The notes beneath the pieces were generated by a model. It made no database searches, had not been told where the DNA came from, and was given only the letters and a program-made list of their open reading frames with translations. Positions 58,163 to 64,000 of a stretch of DNA of 64,000 bases are shown piece after piece. Source of the DNA: Armatimonadota bacterium (GTDB taxonomy: Bacteria > Armatimonadota > UBA5829 > DTLH01); the NCBI GenBank assembly GCA_038207085.1, contig JBBRAE010000013.1, forward strand, positions 1 to 64,000, in the 5' to 3' direction. Numbering within the stretch: position 1 is the stretch's first letter; each line of letters starts with the position of its first letter. The position numbers and the translations under genes were made by a program.

Positions 58163-58191
58163 AAAAAGAGTGGGTGTGCGACCCACTCTTT
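58163..58191 (-). promoter_or_regulatory. Leader terminator hairpin upstream of nusA (rimP-leader-like)
   Basis: aaagagtgggt-cgcac-acccactcttttt between the promoter and nusA. Confidence 0.7.
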
Positions 58192-58215
58192 CGTTGCACC
58201 TGTATAACAACTCAT

Positions 58216-58244
58216 AGTATAGCACGGCGCATCGTTTTTGGCAA
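58216..58244 (-). promoter_or_regulatory. sigma70 promoter of the nusA-infB operon
   Basis: TTGCCA-N17-TATACT with extended -10 TG. Confidence 0.65.
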
Positions 58245-58335
58245 TAGTTCCGACAACTCCACGGTCCGAAGCCGTCAAGGTCTTGCACACGTCTGCCATA
58301 TTCCCTTATTATCATCAAAGCTATACATCCTGACG

Positions 58336-58495
58336 AGCAGTGTTTCAAGCTGGAACATTGTTGGGTGGCGATTTCCGAATCGCCACCCCAAAGCTAAGAC
58401 GGGATTTCCGAATCGACGGCGCTATGCGCCACTGGATCCCGAATGGCGTAATACATGGCGATTGACCCACTAGCAGTGTTTCAATGTGGAACATT
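58336..58495. repeat. Family A element copy 2 (inverted), flanked by 24-bp direct repeats
   Basis: Core 58360-58471 is the reverse complement of 5208-5295 plus a 24-nt insert; flanks agcagtgtttcaa(gc/tg)tggaacatt at 58336 and 58472. Confidence 0.85.
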
Positions 58496-58537
58496 ACGTC
58501 TACTCGCTCAGTCTTCATACCAGGGAGGGATCGACCT

Positions 58538-59911
58538 ATGAAGAAACCGCGTTGGTATCACACACTTTTGGCCGCCGTGCTGATTCTCAGTTCAGGCATG
58601 CTTTTGGCCGTCTCTTTTGACCACCGATGGGGGTTTTTCGGCTGGATATCGATGATGCCGCTTCTCATCGGCACAAGATTCACCCGCCCCGGCATCTCTG
58701 CGCTACTTGGTTTCGTGGCGATAGCGATCTGTGGATGCTTGATGGTCGGAGGTCTCGCGAACGCGACCGAAGGCGCCAATGCGATGTTTCTGTTTCTGGG
58801 CCTCGCCCTGATGTTCGCTGCTGTCCCTGCCCTTTGCTCCTACACCGCTCCCCGAATGTCCCCTGCCCTTTGGGTAGTATTCGTCGCGTGTGCTGCAGTT
58901 GCGAGCGAGTGGGCGATAGACTTCCTCACCCCGGCAAGCACTTCTCTCCCTCTTGCCCACAGCCAGGCTGCGCTCGGAATCGCCCGTTTCACCGGAATAT
59001 GGGGAGTTACGTTTCTGGTGTGGCTGATTCCTGGTGCGCTCGCAATGTCGTTCGCGAAGAAGAAAAAGGCGTGGCCGCTTCTGATTCCGGCGATGGTGGC
59101 AATCGCCATCGGCTGGGTGTCAGGTGGACGGGAGCCCTCAGGAAAGAGAGTGACAGCGGCTGCGGTGCAGTGTATGTTCCCCGAGCAGGCGCTAGACGAG
59201 ACTTCAAGGCTTCCGGCAAGCGTCGAATACGCAGTGTGGCCTGAATATGTGATCGACGGCGACTTCCCTGAAGCACATGCCGCCGCGACGCAATCCGGCG
59301 CGTTTGTCGTCGCTAGCATAACCGAGCACACTGGGGCGAAAAAGCCCTACAACACAGCAATCCTCATATCACCCGACGGAGAGAAGATTGGGCAATCCCG
59401 CAAGCGTCATCTCTTTGGCGACGAGGTCTTTCACTACTTCTCAGGAATGACCTCAAGCCCAATTGACGTCGACGGCACAAAGGTGGCTCTGGCGATATGC
59501 TATGACACGGTTTTCACCGATGTTACCCGTGACCTCGCATCCCAGGGCGCACAGATACTCTTCGTGCCTACCGGCGACCCGGTCATCCACGGCTATCTGT
59601 TCCACAAGCTCCACGCCGGAATGGTAGCCTTCCGCGCAGCGGAAAACGGGATACCCATAGTCTGGGCGGACGCCCACGGGATGTCAACCGTGTTCGACTC
59701 ACTCGGGCGAGTGGTGGAACAAGCGCCAACCGACCGCCAAACAGCCGTGTTTGCGACCGTTAAACTAAGAAACGAGACGACACCATTCACCCGAATGGGC
59801 GATGTGTTTGCCTACGCGTGTGCAGGGGCCGCCTTCGCCATACTCGTCATTGTGCTCGCGAAAGAAACCTCTAGTCGGAGGCAGGCTCGAGGTCAGGGAA
59901 CCAGAGATTGA
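58538..59911 (+). CDS. Apolipoprotein N-acyltransferase-like membrane nitrilase-family protein
   Basis: Multiple N-terminal TMs, VWPE, K.HLFG.E, AICYD catalytic-triad motifs, RAAENG; GGGAGG SD. Confidence 0.8.
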   Translation: MKKPRWYHTLLAAVLILSSGMLLAVSFDHRWGFFGWISMMPLLIGTRFTRPGISALLGFVAIAICGCLMVGGLANATEGANAMFLFLGLALMFAAVPALCSYTAPRMSPALWVVFVACAAVASEWAIDFLTPASTSLPLAHSQAALGIARFTGIWGVTFLVWLIPGALAMSFAKKKKAWPLLIPAMVAIAIGWVSGGREPSGKRVTAAAVQCMFPEQALDETSRLPASVEYAVWPEYVIDGDFPEAHAAATQSGAFVVASITEHTGAKKPYNTAILISPDGEKIGQSRKRHLFGDEVFHYFSGMTSSPIDVDGTKVALAICYDTVFTDVTRDLASQGAQILFVPTGDPVIHGYLFHKLHAGMVAFRAAENGIPIVWADAHGMSTVFDSLGRVVEQAPTDRQTAVFATVKLRNETTPFTRMGDVFAYACAGAAFAILVIVLAKETSSRRQARGQGTRD

Positions 59912-60290
59912 TCTCCGTCTCCGCCGCCTCAAGCGAGTCCGAACCGTGGATCAGGTTCTGTCGCATATCGGTTGTGAGATCGCCTCGGATCGTCCCCGGC
60001 ATCGCGTCTGAGGGCTTGAGCGCTCCCATACTGTTTCGCGCGAGCCTGACTGCGTCATCGGCCTCTAGCACCATCGCAACCACCGGCCCGGACGTTATGA
60101 ACTCAAGCAGCCCATCATAAAATGGTTTGCCCTTATGCACAGAGTAGTGTTCCTCGGCGAGTTCACTCGACGGCGTCACCATCCGCAGTGCGACAATGCC
60201 GAACCCTCGGTCCTCAAACCGCCTGATTATTTCGCCCACCAAGCGCCGTCTCACGCCATCGGGCTTTACCATAACAAATGTGCGTTCCAC
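59871..60290 (-). CDS. ndk: Nucleoside diphosphate kinase
   Basis: [42 protein letters not shown] + GTG. Confidence 0.97.
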   Translation of the reverse strand: MERTFVMVKPDGVRRRLVGEIIRRFEDRGFGIVALRMVTPSSELAEEHYSVHKGKPFYDGLLEFITSGPVVAMVLEADDAVRLARNSMGALKPSDAMPGTIRGDLTTDMRQNLIHGSDSLEAAETEINLWFPDLEPASD

Positions 60291-60323
60291 GATAACTCCT
60301 TTATCCACTCGGAGAATTGGTTA

Positions 60324-60415
60324 GTTATACCAAGCAACCAGGCATTTGGTCAAGAGTATTATCCCACATATACCCAGCAATTAGCCTTGACATGGCAAAA
60401 AATACATGGTATATG
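60324..60415. promoter_or_regulatory. Divergent promoters for ndk (-) and the large secreted protein (+)
   Basis: Minus TTGACC-N18-TATAAC (60324-60353); plus TTGACA-N17-TATATG (60387-60415); both with extended TG. Confidence 0.6.
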
Positions 60416-60531
60416 TGAAATATGATATCGGCAATCGCATGCGCATTGCCGACTATGTAGTAGAAGAGCCCAACCATCGGGCCATAGGGACGAGGTCGAT
60501 CTTATGACGCGGTCCCTCAGAGGTAACAGGA

Positions 60532-63500
60532 ATGTCGATGATCTTCAAGCGTAACCCGGCTCTGTTCACCCTCACAATTGTTTGTCTTCTTTTTGCGCCA
60601 ACGTTGGTTAGCGCGGGAACGCTAACGGGAGTGATCAGCACTGGCGCTGCCGGAAACCCTCCGCTCGCCGAAGCCTTGGTAAGAACCCTGGGCGAACCCA
60701 ACTATGGCGCTACCACCAGCCCAACCGGGGAGTATTCACTCATCGCGCCCGATGGCTCATATACGCTGCTTGTTTCCGCACCGGGACACATTCCCCAGCG
60801 AGTTTCGGTTACCATATCATCCAATTCGGTCAAAGGGTTGGCACTGCGAGAGAGCTCTCAGTCTGCTTCACCCATAGACCTGCCACCACCGTCCAATTGG
60901 GGAGAGCCGCCCGCAGCGCCTGAGCCCCCCGGGGACAGTTTCCCGATCTGCTTCGCCGATCTCGGAACCCAGCCGACCGCCGGGAGCCCCAACATCTCCG
61001 AGTGGAGCAGGACAATCGAGCCCGACGACACCTTCAGCCTGACTGGTTCCGCCTTTACCACAAGGACCGGCATTGATGCAGGAACCGACACGACTGTGTG
61101 GGTGTGGGCGCGAACATCGGATTCGGGCGGCGTGCTGCGGCAGGCAACGATCTGGAGCGTGCGCGACAACTTCCTAATGGCAACGATGCCCGAGGACATC
61201 CCCTACGGAACCTACCTTCTCTGGGTCGAGAACAGCGCTGGAGTGAGCGCACCGATCATCGTCAACAAGCCTCAGGCTCACTGGATCGGCCCACTCGGCA
61301 ACAAATGCTCTGCAGGTGCGGTTAAAAGAGTAGTCGGGCGAAACGTCGCCCACAACCGAGGCACGACCACCTCGGACGCACATGTCTACATCCAAGATGC
61401 CTCCGGCGGCGCATTCATGCCCTGCACGATCACCAGAGTCGACCCCTATATGGCGGAGTTCACAGTTCCCGCAGGTCTCTCGAACGGCAACTACAAAGTC
61501 TTTGTTCACAGCGGACACGGTGGAGCCTACGGCTGGAGCAACCCAGTCGATCTGGTCGTCGAAGATCGATTCGTGCGAGGAACAAGCGAGGTTGTCGTCG
61601 CTCCAAACGGCACCGACGACACAGCGAACCTCCAGTCCGCAATCAACACGCAGACCGCCAAATCAAGCGGCGGCGTCATCAAGCTTAGCGCGGGCGACTA
61701 CATCATCAAAGGCCCGCTTTATTTGAAAGCCAAAGTCGAGCTGAAAGGCGCGGGTATGAACTCGACCCGCATACTCATTCAGCTTTCAACAGCTCAGCAC
61801 ACAACGATCAACATGAACGAGGACCATATCGGGGTAACTGACCTCTGGGTGCACGAGTCAGCTGGGTTCGCCAAGACGAACTATGTCGCGATCGGGCACT
61901 ACTACTGGACCCCGCCCTCCTATGACGCGACTTTCACTCGTTATAAGCAAACCGCAGACCCCAACGTGTTCACGTCTTACGCGCTTGACGCTCCGGGCCG
62001 AACCGAACTAAACGGCTGCGTAATGTATCGCAAGGCAAACGCAGGTTCTGAAGGCTACATACACAACTGCACGCTCTACGGCGACTTTTACGGGCAGTCA
62101 GAGGCAGCGTCAAGCATCGGCGACAACAACGTATTTGAGTATAACCACATCGAGACACAGAATTGGCCGACAAACCCGGCAAACGGAAGCCGAAATTATC
62201 TTCCCGGACTTGCCGACGCTTGGCTGACGTGGGACCAGGTGAGTACTATCGTCTGGGCAAAGCGGGTGGCGCTATCTTACTGCTCCAACAGCTATATCGC
62301 GCACAACACGACCAAAGATGTCGCCGTACAAGACAACAAGGGTGAGATGATCTTGTTTCACGGAAGCGGCAGCTTGTGGTTTGGCAACGTGCTTTCAAAC
62401 GATATCCGCACAATGACGCTGCGCACCGACGGACTAGTCGACGGACAGACAATAGCCGTAGACAACTATCGTGGAGATGACCTGCTTGTCGGCGGCAAAC
62501 CTGTACCCACCTGCGTGGGCTCAAGCGCGATCATCATCGCCGGCAAGGGGTTCGGACAGTCAAGGCTCATAGTCGCAAACACAGCGAACATGATAACCGT
62601 TGACTCACCCTGGCTGGTTCAGCCCGACTCTACATCGAAGATATACATATCCACTGGCAGAGCTTACACGAACAACGTCGTCTACTCAAACGACCTGAAC
62701 GCGTTCCCCGTCGGCTACAATCGAGGAGACGCCGCCAGCGTCGGTTGGGATGTTGACGGCAACGGCTGGATGAACATGTTCGAAGGGAACACATCCCGAA
62801 GGAACATGATGGCCCGCTGGCTTGTCGCAAACGGCGGCCCTAACTGGTGGAACGATGCCCGCAACGAAACCGCGCTCGACGTTTTCAACGACGGACTGGC
62901 CGCGTTCTGGTGGAGCGGACACCCGCTATACTCACCGTCTTTCAGCAACACCTACCGTGACTGCTATGTCGAGATCACCGGCCCTGCGGACTCCAGGTTC
63001 GGCGGCGCAAGAGTCATGGGTGAGGGATGCGTCGCGGAACGCATTACGGTTAAGTCCAAACAGGGTTATGCAATAGACGGTCGACAGGTAGGCACGCTCG
63101 GAGAGAACATCATCCGAAAGGGCAATGTTACCGTCACTGACGCTGCATCTGCTCCGCCTGTGCCGACACCGGTCGGGATCACCAGCGCTGACGGTGCAAC
63201 ACTGCTCGTCGACAATACCTACGCTGGGTCCACACAGACGTATTTCCTTGGCTCAGGAGTTTCCAGTTACAACATCCCCGTCCCGGCACAGAGAGTCGCC
63301 CGATTCAAAACTCATCCGGGTAGGACATCCGACTCTGTGCTTATCCCCATCGCAAACGCCGGTATCCAGTCCTCAGCCCTGAGTGTAAATACAAGTGACA
63401 CTTGGATCACCGCGAGCCTCCCGGGTGCCTCCACAATGGGGCCTGAGAGCAGTTACGCACGGCTCCTGGTCAGCATAAACGGGGTTGGGCTCTCTGTCGG

Positions 63501-64000
63501 CAGGCACTGGGGATGGGTCGACGTATTGACCCCCACAAAGACCGTCAGAGTGGGAGTCGTGGCCGACGTAGCTTCGAGCGCTCCTGCCAATCTTCCTCCC
63601 ATCGCTTCCTTTGTGCCAAACCCGACCGCGGGCACCGCGCCGCTCACAGTGAGCTTCAACGCCGCAGCATCGATGGACTCCGATGGGCTTGTCACCGGGT
63701 ATTCCTGGGACTTTGGCGACGGCACTTACGGCGTTGGCGCAGCGGCGAGCCACACCTACAGCAAGCCCGGCCTGTTCGTCCCGACGCTCACTGTAACAGA
63801 CGATGACACGGCTACAGGCTCGGCATTTACGAGCATCACCATCACCCCGCCACTTACAGGCGTTACACTATCGGGCACGCCGGTTTCGCCCGTCGATATT
63901 GGAACCGCTGTCACTCTGAGCGCACAGGCCGCAGGAGGCTATCTGACCAAATACAAGTTCCTGATCCGAACCACAGCCGGATGGACAACGCTTCAGGACT
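60532..64000 (+). CDS. Large secreted multidomain protein (carboxypeptidase-regulatory-like, Ig-like, pectate-lyase-like beta-helix, BACON-like, PKD); 3' truncated
   Basis: Apparently open frame with no stop to the window end (~1156 codons; no closed ORF in this frame in the track); signal peptide MIFKRNPALFTLTIVCLLFAPTLVSA; NGTDDTANLQSAIN..GG.IKL.AG.Y motif; PKD PLTVSFNA..S.D.DG....YSWDFGDG. Confidence 0.85.
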   Translation, partial: MSMIFKRNPALFTLTIVCLLFAPTLVSAGTLTGVISTGAAGNPPLAEALVRTLGEPNYGATTSPTGEYSLIAPDGSYTLLVSAPGHIPQRVSVTISSNSVKGLALRESSQSASPIDLPPPSNWGEPPAAPEPPGDSFPICFADLGTQPTAGSPNISEWSRTIEPDDTFSLTGSAFTTRTGIDAGTDTTVWVWARTSDSGGVLRQATIWSVRDNFLMATMPEDIPYGTYLLWVENSAGVSAPIIVNKPQAHWIGPLGNKCSAGAVKRVVGRNVAHNRGTTTSDAHVYIQDASGGAFMPCTITRVDPYMAEFTVPAGLSNGNYKVFVHSGHGGAYGWSNPVDLVVEDRFVRGTSEVVVAPNGTDDTANLQSAINTQTAKSSGGVIKLSAGDYIIKGPLYLKAKVELKGAGMNSTRILIQLSTAQHTTINMNEDHIGVTDLWVHESAGFAKTNYVAIGHYYWTPPSYDATFTRYKQTADPNVFTSYALDAPGRTELNGCVMYRKANAGSEGYIHNCTLYGDFYGQSEAASSIGDNNVFEYNHIETQNWPTNPANGSRNYLPGLADAWLTWDQVSTIVWAKRVALSYCSNSYIAHNTTKDVAVQDNKGEMILFHGSGSLWFGNVLSNDIRTMTLRTDGLVDGQTIAVDNYRGDDLLVGGKPVPTCVGSSAIIIAGKGFGQSRLIVANTANMITVDSPWLVQPDSTSKIYISTGRAYTNNVVYSNDLNAFPVGYNRGDAASVGWDVDGNGWMNMFEGNTSRRNMMARWLVANGGPNWWNDARNETALDVFNDGLAAFWWSGHPLYSPSFSNTYRDCYVEITGPADSRFGGARVMGEGCVAERITVKSKQGYAIDGRQVGTLGENIIRKGNVTVTDAASAPPVPTPVGITSADGATLLVDNTYAGSTQTYFLGSGVSSYNIPVPAQRVARFKTHPGRTSDSVLIPIANAGIQSSALSVNTSDTWITASLPGASTMGPESSYARLLVSINGVGLSVGRHWGWVDVLTPTKTVRVGVVADVASSAPANLPPIASFVPNPTAGTAPLTVSFNAAASMDSDGLVTGYSWDFGDGTYGVGAAASHTYSKPGLFVPTLTVTDDDTATGSAFTSITITPPLTGVTLSGTPVSPVDIGTAVTLSAQAAGGYLTKYKFLIRTTAGWTTLQD

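Noticed and set aside
60453..63806. Numerous short ORFs on both strands
   Set aside because: All overlap the single long open frame starting at 60532

Overview
64 kb of a GC-rich (visually roughly mid-50s %) bacterial chromosome. The gene set combines an outer-membrane TolC with Firmicutes-like clusters (RNase J, ylxR, DUF503, pnp-M16-dapB-asd), pointing to a diderm Terrabacteria member; Armatimonadota is my inference, not a verified assignment. In order: (1) a TolC/MFP/MacB-type ABC exporter; (2) a ~13 kb CODH/acetyl-CoA synthase cluster (cooC, MesB-like core methionine synthase, cooC/acsF, acsA, a single acsB-acsD fusion, acsC, acsV, stand-alone homocysteine methyltransferase domain) with no acsE or folate-branch genes; (3) proB-obg; (4) two tandem secreted ~600-aa paralogs of unknown function; (5) a nuoHIJKLMN operon with its own perfect-consensus promoter; (6) small proteins, a DUF4432 epimerase, secG, proA-nadD-LCP-rsfS; (7) a long minus-strand housekeeping block from nusA/infB to argB; (8) an Lnt-like gene, ndk, and a >1150-aa secreted pectin-lyase/PKD protein that runs off the end and is missing from the ORF track. 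Intergenic DNA carries several REP/MITE-like palindromic families and heptamer-repeat hairpins. I saw no rRNA, tRNA, CRISPR array, transposase or prophage gene. The best candidate for a new system is the acs cluster bracketed by two homocysteine methyltransferases, together with its ACS-CoFeSP fusion.
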